Below, one piece after another: positions 36,909-48,900 of a stretch of 63,285 bases of DNA. Source of the DNA: Perkinsus chesapeaki ATCC PRA-425 (lineage: Eukaryota; Protista; Perkinsozoa); assembly GCA_013115145.1 (NCBI GenBank), contig JAAPAO010000144.1, positions 1-63,285 of the forward strand, written 5' to 3'. The notes under the pieces were generated by a model. It saw only the letters and a program-made list of their open reading frames with translations, had not been told where the DNA came from and did no database searches. Position 1 is the stretch's first letter, and the number at the start of each line of letters is the position of its first letter. Position numbers and translations under genes: made by a program.

Positions 36909-39900
36909 CTAAGTTTGCTGATTCATTCCTCTTACTCCTTGGTTAAAGACGCCTCCGCCATCCATCCGGATAGAATTCTCTCTGGTGAAGCCCTCAATAG
37001 TGGCATCGTCCGACATATAAGTGAAGTCTCCCGGTAGAGGCCCGAGTTCCTGGTCGAGTTTCGCCTCCTTGGGCGGAAGTGAATCCGATGTCGCATCGGG
37101 AACTTCATGGACGGTTTGGGTGGCTGTCAGCTCCATACCAACACCGCGCATATCAATTAGAGAACAGACGGCATCAGTAAGAGTCTCCTCTTCCTTCCGC
37201 CTAAAATAGGTTCCAAATCCAGAGGTCGCGGGTTCGAACCCCACGACTTACCTTTCTTTAACTCGTCCAACAGCCTCTGCCGTGATAATTTCTAAGTCCT
37301 TCACTTCTGGCTTGGTGAGAATGTGATCCTCGTCCATAAGTGTGCTGACATTCACAGCGGAAACACCGTGCCGCGGGCTCGAAACCAGAACCTAGTTGAG
37401 GAAGCTGAGGCCCCAAGGAGCAACGCTGGCTACCATATCTTGTAGGAAGTCTGTGGACGGTTCAATCTTATACCCGCAATGGCTGCTGCCATCTGAAAAT
37501 GGAAAACAATCATCAAAATTACAGCGGAGCGAAGCGCCCTCACTTGTCGGTACCACTATCTGTGTGGCAACTCTAAAGAGATCTCTGATAAATATGAACG
37601 GCGCCACTATAACGAATACAAGGAATTCGAAGACGCCAACAACAACACCTGAGCAAGGCAGATTTGAAAACTCAAGTTGGAGAAAGAACTTGCCAATGAA
37701 GAACCCGCCGACTCCTCCTTCCTGACCTCCCTGGATCATTCTCCGGAACAGCTTGATGAAGGACTTGAACCAGCGAACCTGTAAAAATGGCGTACCGATA
37801 AAACTGTGCTGCACAAATAGACAGCCAAAAAGATCGTTATATTGGACTCTTATATAGATTCTATCTAATATAGTTTAGTCTTGTGTTTAGTCTTCTATAC
37901 TGCAGAAGACTAAACCCGTGTGGGTTCTATTAAAAACAACTAGGCGGATCGAATACGGGCTTCCGAAGCTTACAAAGTGAACATATAGGATTCCTCCTCT
38001 AGTCCTCGCCCAGTCCGCTGTTCTGAGGGGTTCTAGACGGATACTTTCTCCACCGTACTGCATCGCCAAGGCGCATACAGGACCTAGAAATGCAACATGC
38101 CGGAATCGAGCTTGCGACCAAGAAGTGTAAATTCGTATCTTGCTAATAGCAATTCGCTAGTATCGTGGTATTAAAGTTAGTTAAACTATTAAAACGGCTC
38201 TGTTGGAGAGAAGAGGAGCGCCTTGGTGAGACATATAAAATTATGAGACATATACAATATAAAATTCGGGAATCTCAGTGTGTCTCCTTTGTGAGACCTC
38301 CGTGACACTCGTACTGTAAATAGATACACTTGCGTCAAATTGTTATCAACTAGCGCCTTTCGAGAGTTAGGGAACAACCAAGGTATGCTAATCAATGAGT
38401 ACATCTTACATCTGACATGTACATATATCATGAAGCTGAACTCCACCTGGTGAGAAGTGAATTTATATCTATTGCATAGCGAGAGCAATTGAATCCGAGG
38501 CTCTCCTGCGTATTACGTTTCTGATAAATGTGCTACGTTAGATAATCAACAACTAAGTACCGCAAAAAAACATCACGACACACCCGTGGTCGCGGGGAAC
38601 GTGCTGGGCAATGTGTTCACGTACAGATCTTCGTAAAGTGAGTAACGTTATGTATACATACTCGTGATGATCAATCCCTCCCTATTCGAGGAACGATCGT
38701 CGATCAAATGTGGTATCTATTTCAAGTAATCAGCAGGGGGCTCTATCTTAAGTACTGTATGATTTTACTAGTCAATATAATGACCGCCTATGACTTAAGA
38801 TGAAAGCATATCTGTCGTGAACACTACGTGGGAGAATTGGGGACGCCGAACAAACATTCCATCACTGCGAAACCCACATGCCAAAATCCGGCAAAAAGGA
38901 GTAAGCCGGGATCGAACCCACGACCTTACATATTCTAAGGTTATTATTAACCTCAGTAAACTCTGCAGCTCGAGGCCTCCTATCCTCCTTTGCGAGCTCA
39001 TCACAGTTACGCATGGAACATACTTCACACGTGACCAACTCCAATGGCAATTGATGCTCGAATGCACCCGCTCCTGCCTCGGCACCTTGGCCGGCTGCAC
39101 GTTCGTCCTGATGAAGGTCGAAATGACATAAATGTTTGAGCAACAACTCCTGCGCTTCCGCCCCCTTACAGCCAGCCCCTTCTTCAGTTTCATAGCAGCT
39201 TTCTTAGCATCGGGACTAAGACAGTACTCCATTGCCTCGGTGATCTTATCATTGGACACATGACGGGCCAATACCATCTTACCACCACCTTGGACTTCAA
39301 CAAGGCCACCTACCACGCAACACTATTAATATTCTCTAACGATCTTTTATTTGCCTTGACAATGTTGTTTGCGGGCAGCTACATTCACAGCTTGTGCGTG
39401 CTATGTCCCCTACGAGAAAGACCACCAGGCAGAGCCCAAAGATAGATCCCTTACGTCAGAAGCGTGCAACCACTCTCTATACACAAAGGAAGATTAAGCG
39501 TCAAAGGGGGCGCGCTCTAGGGGACGCGTAATCATTAGGTAATCTACGACTCACTAATTAACATGTCGCCGGTGTCGATCTTTGAAAAATGTTAAACTTG
39601 AATTTTAAACGAATACGTTAGATGCCTGTTTTTTCCTTCCGACCACGCTTCCGCCATCTGCTCACCCCACAGAGGTTGGTCTCCAAAGAATGCCACCACA
39701 GCAGTTGGCAGTCCGCAATCAAGGCCCATGGCAGTTGTACCAGCACCACCATGATGCATGCAAGCACAGCATCGAGGGAATAACCAATCATGGGGAATAC
39801 CTAACGAGGACTCTACTTCACTGCGCCACGAAATTACCCTACCTGGTAGAAGTGCTACGTGATCGTCGCCGAGAACTTGTATCATTTGATACTCCCAAGT

Positions 39901-42900
39901 GTCGGCCGCAGCTGTGATGTCGCTGGTAAGAGCGCAGTCTTCACAGAAGAGACTAAGGGGCCTAAGACCAGAGAGCTGGGTCAAAGCGCTAGCGGAGTGG
40001 TGCATTATAGTCTTAGATGCAGGAAAATAAAATTATCATTCTCGTATCTTGCAAAAATATACCTTCGCTTTGCTACTGTAGATGCTGGAAATACCACTAT
40101 ACCGTAATACGGTAAAATATATAATTGTGAAGAAATACGGAAATTTGAGAAAGCCGCTTTCCAGAAGATTGCCGAAGGAGGGAGCGGAAACGGCGAACGC
40201 GGAAATGTGTTCTGTGGCATACGCTCGCCGTCAGGAATACTTTTGTGACTGTATCGGAGTTAATAACGTGAAAGATATGACTAATACATTAAATATATTA
40301 TATCTCAGCGAAGCAAACCGCTCAGCCGCAATGGTGGAGTACGATAATACGTAGAATAACGAACTAGTCTCACTTTGATCCCTTCTCCTTACAAACCGGG
40401 CACTTCTCCGGCGGTGGCGCCAAGAGGAATACACGGTCCCGTATATCTGATAAACGCCGTGGGCATGCGTGCTAATTAATAATGCGGACCTTCCGTGAAA
40501 TCGGCTTTGGTCAGACCGGACAAATCACACCAGCCTTTGTGAAGAATAACTCTCATTCCTGGTATCGCCTTAACCGCAGCAAGAACAGCTCGATAACTAA
40601 TATAAAATGACACATGCAGAGTTCGAACCTGCGGCCTTCTCACATTGGGCTCAAATCACCGCTGATGCTACCGAATCCAACGTAAAAAGGGGGACTGCCA
40701 GCTTCTAGGAATGCAGCCAGTTGTGGTGGCGGCACGTACGTAGTGTTCTCTCCACCTAAATTGAAGGATCTGCCAGCTAGAATTCGACAGTATGCCTGCA
40801 GCTCAGACTCTGCACTAGTAACGTTACACAGTGTAACTTACACTGCCAGACTGCTAATTTTTAGCAGTGCTACACGACTGTCCCGACATAGCGACTAATG
40901 CCAAACAAGGCCCGGACAGTCCGGACTCCGGCGCATGCGGCACAATTTGTGAATATACTACGAATTCAACTAGGATCATGGTAGTTGAATTCATTCAGAG
41001 AGCAGTGATTGCTCTGAACGTGCGCCGGCTGATTATCAGTCGGCGCGCACGGGACAATCGCGTTTTGGGTGCGTTTGCAAGTAACCCTGATAAAATTCTC
41101 TGCCGTTTCATCGTGAGGCCCTCACGGTGAGGGCGAGCGAGAAAGAACATGACCGTATTCAGCGTACGTTTTTATTGGGCAACCTTTACTTATCACGCCA
41201 CTATGGTCCGCGGCAAGCTTCTGGCCGAATCTGAGCAGGCCGGAACCGTCAGGGGCCTTCCAAGCAGCACATCCTTTACCGAAATTGCCAAGGAACTTGG
41301 CAGATACACTCGCAGGGTAAAGAAGTATGCCGCTCTGAGCGACTCGCTCAGCTAGAAAAGAAGTACCAAAGGGGCCTTACAAGACGTCCGAAAACACTGT
41401 TGAAGCGAGCTATAGTCAAGAACCCTTTGAGAACTAGTAAGGGCTTGTACCGTTTGTAGATGCGTGCCTGCTATATTGTATGACAATCGATTGTGTTCGG
41501 CCACATGTGGTGGGCAGCCCGCTCGGCTGATTCACAGTGGGCACGCGTACGGTATGAATAGGAATCTTTTATCGGAGCCCTTATGGATTGAGCTGTGCTG
41601 TCACGCTATTTGTGGACGTCGTAGGTAGTATGCGTGGAAGTTGGTGTGATAAGAACGCAAGCTTGACCTTTTAATATGATTCAATTCTTTGAGTACAACA
41701 CAGTTCAATGGAGACAGTGAAGACTAGCTCGCACAATAATTTAGCACGCATGCGCAATACTGTCTCTCCACTGTCTCTTACATTAAAGTCACTGTAATTT
41801 ACAGTGAAAAAAATAATATCATCACATTGGTCCGCAAGCAGGCTCGAGGCCACTTGGCTTTAGACCAACTGAGCTATATCTTCAAGTTTCCCTACTCGTG
41901 TATTGTTTAATACACATGAACCCCTTTCTCTATCCCTTCCTCGCCAGCATTCTCATATTCGCTGCAAGCGGGAAGATCGTCTATCGCAACTATGAGGGCG
42001 AGAAGATTGACCCCTCCATCGGAGGACAGATATGTGAAGATAAGAGGCAAGGCGTGCCCTGTTATATAGCATTCGACGACACTGCCAAGGTGAGGGATGT
42101 GATGCGGCTTCGTTCTACTATACAACGCCTCGGTTACTACTTCAGCTCGTCGTCGGATTCATTGTGATGGATATGCCCTACAGGTTACAGCCAAACGTCC
42201 AAAGAGAGTCAAGGCAAAGAGGTACATTCAACGACCTCCACTGAGTTAAGTCCTTACACTCGGCTCCTGCGATCAGGCCCGGTCCCCCAAGATCAGGCAT
42301 ATATGGCTTGATACACAACGTAGGCAAATGCTGAACTTGCACTCATCAAACGTCATGTTCAGCGAAGATCTTCGTCTTAAGACGAATGCGCTCAACATCT
42401 TTCGCTTAACGCCAGTGTATTTTGGGTCCATGTTAGGTCACATTGCGATATTTCACGTCTGTGACATGATGCTAATGCATCCAATCATTGGGTTCCGATG
42501 GAGTGTATGTCATATATCTTTAGGTTAAGGTTGCAGGCAAATATCGTCGACAAGGCATTGCAACCAAACTTATGAATCACTGTCTTGTCATTGTAAGCGG
42601 ATTCAGTCGACTTGTTGCTAACCTTCGTTTATCGCCACGTGCACGAAGTTCAAGGGATCGCAATCGCGCTCCGCAATATATGAGGTGGTGATTTCATGGA
42701 TTCAGGGAAGAAGTGACCCTCGCGCCCTTGCCATGGTTCTGTATGTTAACCAAGATAATATTGCCGCAATAAAGCTGTACCGAGCACTCAAGTTCGTCCA
42801 AGTTTTCAGTAGGATTGGCCTCCTTCGCAAGCTTACAAGTGCCACTTTTTAGAGGACGACGACCTACTCTACTTTTCATATTACTACTAACACCTGGGTC

Positions 42901-44935
42901 TTTACAACAGGCCGTCATATGTTATTAAGCCGTCAAGTCAATTATATGTTGTAAGTTCGTCGATTCAGAGATTTCACTCGCTAAATGGAAAGTATTTGCG
43001 ACTGTGTAACCTACGTTCTACATTGGAGGACGTCGTCAGTCTAATACTCCTTTTTCAGCTTAGAGTTGTTTCATTATTGCGTTCGAAATCGAGGCTGACC
43101 CTCTTCAGACCCTCAAAGCGAGGATGAAAGTGACATGGGTTAACGTTTGCAAAGACAGACGTGTGGACCTGTCGCGCCTGTTCTCCACTTCTAGGTGTAC
43201 AAAATCCACGATGCGCAACTCATCGGTAAGTAAATACTCCGCTAGATGAATGTTATTCAGTGTCCACTTTACTTTGAAGCGTTCATTTGAACGAAAAGCC
43301 GTGCCAAACAGATTACAGAGAAAGTATTTGCCCACGAGGGCCAAGTATGGGGCATGCGCGCCGTGCGCGCACCCTTGCCCCTTAAGAGGAGCGCCACCCC
43401 AACAGGACTTACATCCACCAAAGCAAAAGCCAGTAATGTCGATGTTCGGGCCCCAGTCAGCTGGCTTAGGCAACAGTGTCTCAGCAAAGCAATATGCAAA
43501 CGGAACCTGGACGGGAATAATCCTAGGTGGAGCGATGCAGCATTTTCTTACACCCCATTTGTCGATCAGAGATCCTGCACCGTGCCACATTCCAATACTC
43601 GGGAGATGCAACACTTGACGTCGGAAAGTGTTCACTGCTGATGCCACACCACGCCACTGTATCTGAATAGCGATGAGAAATCGTAAGATTGCAAGATATG
43701 CAAGAAATCCACTCGCCTGTTCCATCCATCGATAACTCATCTTTTTCCAATAAGGGTTGGTGTCAGGTTCGTTAACGCAGAGGGGATGTCCGACTGCTTC
43801 AGTCTTGGTCCACGGCATGGTGAAGAACCTGAGAGAATCGTATATGTATTTATATACATTTACATTCATATATTATTTTTATGCCACCTCTTTACGTCTG
43901 TTTTACATTTCACTTCGCATTATATTTCTACTTCGCTACTACTCAGGTTCGCATTACTTACATTTGTAGCGGCACACCCAAACGCTCCGCCAGATGGACA
44001 TGCGTATATGATGGAGGATTAGCTATAATAGCATGGGTTACCCATCGCATAGAACTCACACCTGAACGGGACACTGCACACAAAAAAACTGCACGCATGC
44101 ACACGTTACTCTGCACAGCCGCCCAACTGCCGACGGTATTGTTCTCCCATCCCGGAGGAAGGTATATCTCTCGCAGTGTAGTCTGCATCTCGGGACCATG
44201 AAACATAAAGTGGTAAAGATCTCGTGGACTGAGCAGCAGGTCGGGGCCCATTCCAGGATTCTCCTCTGCGTATCTAACATCGATTATGAGCAAACATTCC
44301 GTCCGCGAAAGCACTGCTCTTCCCCAATCACAAGCGAAGTAGGATTCCCATCGAATTTAATCACCATAAATTTGAGCTAGGCCAACTGCAAGTTCGAGTA
44401 TAGCTAAACAAGTAACAAGCATCACCGAGTTCGACGATCCACTTTCGCAGAAAGTAAAGAAAATCTTCTTAGGAAGGAAATAATACCGTCAGTAGTACGA
44501 ATGATTTAATTATCTTGTTCCCTTCGATTGAATAATGAGTTTTACTTCATTAAAGTCTCCGGCTGCCAATGGCCTTTCTCAGCCAGGGCGAGCGGAAAGA
44601 ATTCGATTCCTTGTTTGGTGACGAAGTCTCGGAACTTGTCGTGGGTACATATCCTCGAACGATGCCCGTGGGCGTTCAGGGCCTACGAAAACAAATGGAA
44701 CAATAGGGCTGGGCCGAGGATCGAACTCGGGACCTCTCGCACCCAAAGCGAGAATCATACTACTAGACCACACAGCCGATGAGAAACAAGAACTAATCTA
44801 GGGCGCTGCCCATTCCCAGCAGGCCATACTTACCTTTGCAAGTGCCATGAACGGCTGCACATCTCCTCTACTACCCACCGTTATCAACGTTATATTCATA
44901 CGTGGCACATTATCTCCTTCGGCTCGGGGGAATAG
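36909..44935 (-). CDS. Sterol 3-beta-glucosyltransferase (GT1, UGT80/Atg26-like) with C-terminal extension; 5' end lies further upstream and is uncertain
   Basis: [19 protein letters not shown]; [17 protein letters not shown]; [23 protein letters not shown]; FFTMPW; [17 protein letters not shown]; [10 protein letters not shown]; ILHKGW; [22 protein letters not shown]; FFGDQPLWG. Quoted junctions were checked for phase. Confidence 0.88.
37201..37251 (-). other. 51-nt intron containing a tRNA-Trp-like 3' half (antisense)
   Basis: + strand reads TT CCA AA TCCAG AGGTC GCGGG TTCGAAC CCCAC. Splicing gives VKER|RKEEE. Confidence 0.7.
40597..40643 (-). other. 47-nt intron that is a sense tRNA 3' portion plus T-run
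   Basis: GTGAGA AGGCC GCAGG TTCGAAC TCTGC ATGTGTC A TTTT ATATTAG. Splicing gives GDLSPI|YRAVLAAV in the conserved GT1 domain. Confidence 0.8.
41916..42852 (+). CDS. Signal-peptide GNAT acetyltransferase nested antisense in a glucosyltransferase intron
   Basis: [19 protein letters not shown] signal peptide; LVVGFIV; [18 protein letters not shown] (motif A); [19 protein letters not shown] (motif B). Internal micro-exons are not fully resolved. Confidence 0.65.
44706..44777 (-). tRNA. trnP-UGG: tRNA-Pro(TGG), 72 nt, intronic
   Basis: GGCTGTG TG GTCTAGTAGTATGAT T CTCGC TTTGGGT GCGAG AGGTC CCGAG TTCGATC CTCGG CCCAGCC C. Perfect anticodon and T stems; one acceptor mismatch; the D-loop has AG in place of the usual GG. 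Confidence 0.85.
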
Positions 44936-45967
44936 TACCGGTATCTGACGAACGCTAAGTAAATACTAAGTTACGCGCAACGCGCCGAGTGCATCCAAGT
45001 CTACAACTTCCACTCAGGTGTGTTGCTCAAAATCACTTCGATCCAATTATAAATAAACGCCAACGGAACAACTCAAGAAACACGGGAGCGGCAAAGCTCC
45101 ACTATTCCAGAGCTCCACCACCTTCCGACATGAGACATCTACAAAGATTAACGGAGGTGCGCCTCGGCATGAAAAAATGGGAGGAAACTTCATGGCCTAG
45201 AGATTAATTTAGCCTCGGGCAAATGTTTTCAAGTATCTTAAGTCATTCCAAATGCGTAGATATGATATAAATTGTCTTAGGAAACATATAGAGCAAAAGC
45301 AATACTCTCCAATGGAGCTCCAAAGGAGCGTCTGACAGTATTGAGCGGCAGGTTCCTCGGCTCTCTGCAAAGCTTACCGAGGGACCTTCCAGGTATGCAA
45401 AAAGAAACGGAGAAAGCTCAATCCCGAATACGTCATTCTAGCCTCGTAGAAACGTGTTCCTCGATTGTCAAAAGTCGGTCCTAATGCAGAGACATGATAT
45501 GGATTAGACCCAGCGGAGAATGCATTCCATCTGCGCTCGACATTTGGTGGCCCCCCGATCCCGGCTATCTTTTCCTAGAGACTTTAGCAAATCAAAGTGA
45601 AGCTCACCAGCTGTGCATTGGTAGCCACCACACCGTTAAGAACGGTTTCAAGCCTCCTAGCCCTTGTATGGCCAACACCACCACTCAGATCATCCAGACA
45701 ATCAAGGCTCGTGTCGACATACCTAAAGACACATGCATTCTCAATGCTGACGCGAAACCTCAATCGCCGCGTCTATAGGCGAGGAAATACAGCTGGGAGC
45801 AATTTCACACATCACCAAGCAAGAGAGTTTATCAAGATAAAGAATTAGCATCCCGTAGTAACGAAATATGAGATTCATATATCATTAAGACTCACTAGTA
45901 AAAACCTACCAGGAATATCTCGAATAAACAGGCAAGATTTCAAGACAGTAGAAGATCATCCCCCGAC

Positions 45968-48900
45968 TTACTGCGTCCACTCGTCATCCCCACAGGGATC
46001 TCCATGGAGGCTATCCTGTATACCGACGAGTCTGCTTCTCAATTCGGCCGCCGATACCAACACTTTATACGCCTTTTCTGAGAGGAGAAATGCAGAAAAA
46101 ATGCTCCCGCTGGGATTCGTACTCGTGCTCTCTTTCACTGTGATGTAATACATGGTTCTTTCGCTGTATTCTGTCGACCATCCTTCAATCACAATTTTCT
46201 CGCACGGATTCGTCGGCACAGGATCTCTGGTGAGGGCGAAAAGTAGCCGCCAATGACTGTCAATAGCTAGAGTGTACAGGAACCCTGAGGCAATCCAAAG
46301 GTCCCGGGTTCGATCCCTAGCAAGAGCATTTCATACCCATTATCATCATCAGGAGGAAGTTCACCAAACCCGCCACAACCAGCTGTGCCGAGGAGGTATC
46401 CAGCCACAGTAGGGCGCTGAAATAAGGGCAAGCAACAAGCGTGCTCCATAAAATCCACCAAGTCACGCGAGATGAGAATGGTAACATGATCGAAGTTTTC
46501 ACCAAGTTGCGAAAGCATTAATTTTGATATAATCGATAGTGAGATCAAAACCCTTCAAGAAACCCGAAACCCGAAACCCGGATCGAAATCTCACCTGAAT
46601 GTAACTGCCAGTGTAACCACACAATCCGAGAATAATAGGAATAAATATCCCATATGTGACATTGTTATATGAGTTGCTATTATAGTAAAAAGGCCCTGAA
46701 AAAGACAACTGGTGATGGTGCTATGGACCACAGCCTAGGGTGATCAGAACAGGATACAAGTTAAACAACGTGAGAGAAGAAGATTAGAAATGATTATAGT
46801 AAATAATCGAATGTTTAAATTTGACATATCACCAAAGGGCCAATCACGCGTGGAGTAAATTATCAACGAAAGAGGATATTTCCGAAATACTGCCGAGCGA
46901 GACACTCTTCTCGTCTCGACAAATCGCAAAACGAGCAAGTATCCGAAATGTGCCCAACTTTACCGATACTAGCAAATTTGTATTAATTGAGGAATTTCCG
47001 CAAACTTTCAAGAGATGCGTGACATTGAGCAAATTAAAGATTTTTTGTTCTCGGTCACAGTTATTACCGGATCTGTATCCCATACAGTATGATAGAACAC
47101 CGTGCTTCCCTCGAACTCTATCGACTGAAAAAGATGACCATAAGTCAACCTTTCTCGTATCCTGCACGCTTCAAGCTAAGATATTTCTTACCTTCCTAGC
47201 AGATCGATCAAAGTTATAAACATATACACAAGAGAATAGACAACACGCCAATAGGAACATCATAGCCGACAGCATCAGCCTCCGCCGACGGCCATAGGCG
47301 AACATTGCAATGAATCCAGCCACCAGTAGCATTACCGCTGATAATACTTGAACCTGCTGATAAAGGGAGTGAACCATACATTCTATATTATCTAAGCTGG
47401 TCTACTACTATAAAATGTAGGGAGGCAGATGGAAAGGGGGAAATTCACATTAGTAAGCGGATTGTCACCAGATCCCAATGTGTCATAGAAGAACATAAGA
47501 TACTCAGGGAACAGTTAGGAGGCCATTTCACGGTACTTTTCCACCAGAAGACAAACATATTTCCTATTATATCTCCTCCTCCGTATCACTAGTAACATAT
47601 TTCCTATCAAACTCCTTTCTATTATATCTCCTCCTCCGTATCACTAGTAACATATTTCCTATCAAACTCCTTTCTATTATATCTCCTCCTCCGTATCACT
47701 AGTAACATATTTCCTATTATATCTCCTCCTCCGTATCACTAGTAACATATTTCCCACTACAATTCCTATGACCCGTTGACCCTATAAACACGTTTTTGCC
47801 AGGCTAGATGAACAACCACGTTAACCGAAGATCCACGAGAATCTTCATTAATTTCGCACCCGAAAGATTCTCTCCAAATCACCCTCAGTATTACCGCTAT
47901 CCCGGCATACACTGCGAAATCCGGTTCGCCATTCGGACCTCTAAAAGGCTCCACTGCCGCGAATATCATAGCCACTAGTAACCTATAAAACAGCACTTCT
48001 CCCAAGTACGCTCACAAACAGCAGCGTCATTATTACAATATAAAACCGATGACTGCCCATCTTGAGTGGTGAGTGATCCAATAAGTATGCCGAGATGAAT
48101 ACCAAACCCTATACCTGGAAATGAGACACTTACAGAAAAACTAACGACAACAGGATTCCCACTGCTGTCTCACAAATGGGGTTGAGAACGAAACGTTCGT
48201 AGAAGGAACCTCTTCTTCAACTTGTTCTTTCCATTTTCTACTTCATCGACTCTCTTCTATTTTCCTTGGGCCCGATTAATCAAGGCTATTTCATAGATCA
48301 TCGCATATTCTCAAACTTGGGCCCGACTAATTCCATTCATGTTGAATATTCATAAGCGTTGCCATTCCCAGATGAGACACTCGTATTTTTGGCTGCATGC
48401 TTCCCAAATTTGCGCGTGAAAAAGTGTCCAACGAAAATTCGTGGCACATTTCCCCCTGAAAACGCTCTTTCACACTCGTGAAACGTTTCCGAGAGGCTAG
48501 GCCCCACCACTGATTGGTGTGCTATCAATATATAATTGATAGAACGGAGATATGACACTTTGTAATAGCTAATATACCCTAATAGCCTTTACACAATATT
48601 CTATAATAAAAATATAATAATTCCTAATAGGAATTTCCTATAAGAATTTAATGTTAATAATACCAGCTGCCGCAACCATGAAGACTTCCTCCGAGGAAAG
48701 ATGCTCGCTTCCTCCTATAGTGATATCGCCCACCTCACAGTATAAGCCTCGTGCCACACTCACGTTGCAAAACGAGGAAATTTTCCCGAAACTTCCGGGA
48801 ATTTTTGAAAAATTTCCCGAGATTTTAGGAAATTTTCCGCTTCCCGTTATCACGTTTGTTCATCCACTGTCCGCGGGAACCTTCTGAAGAAGAATACATT

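Noticed and set aside
41149-41355. [11 protein letters not shown] resembles an HMG-box helix
   Set aside because: Isolated; other HMG residues and supporting exons were not found.
46554-46580. AAACCCG x3 (also GGGTTTC near 60290) as interstitial telomere repeats
   Set aside because: Only 2-3 units, in intronic low-complexity DNA.
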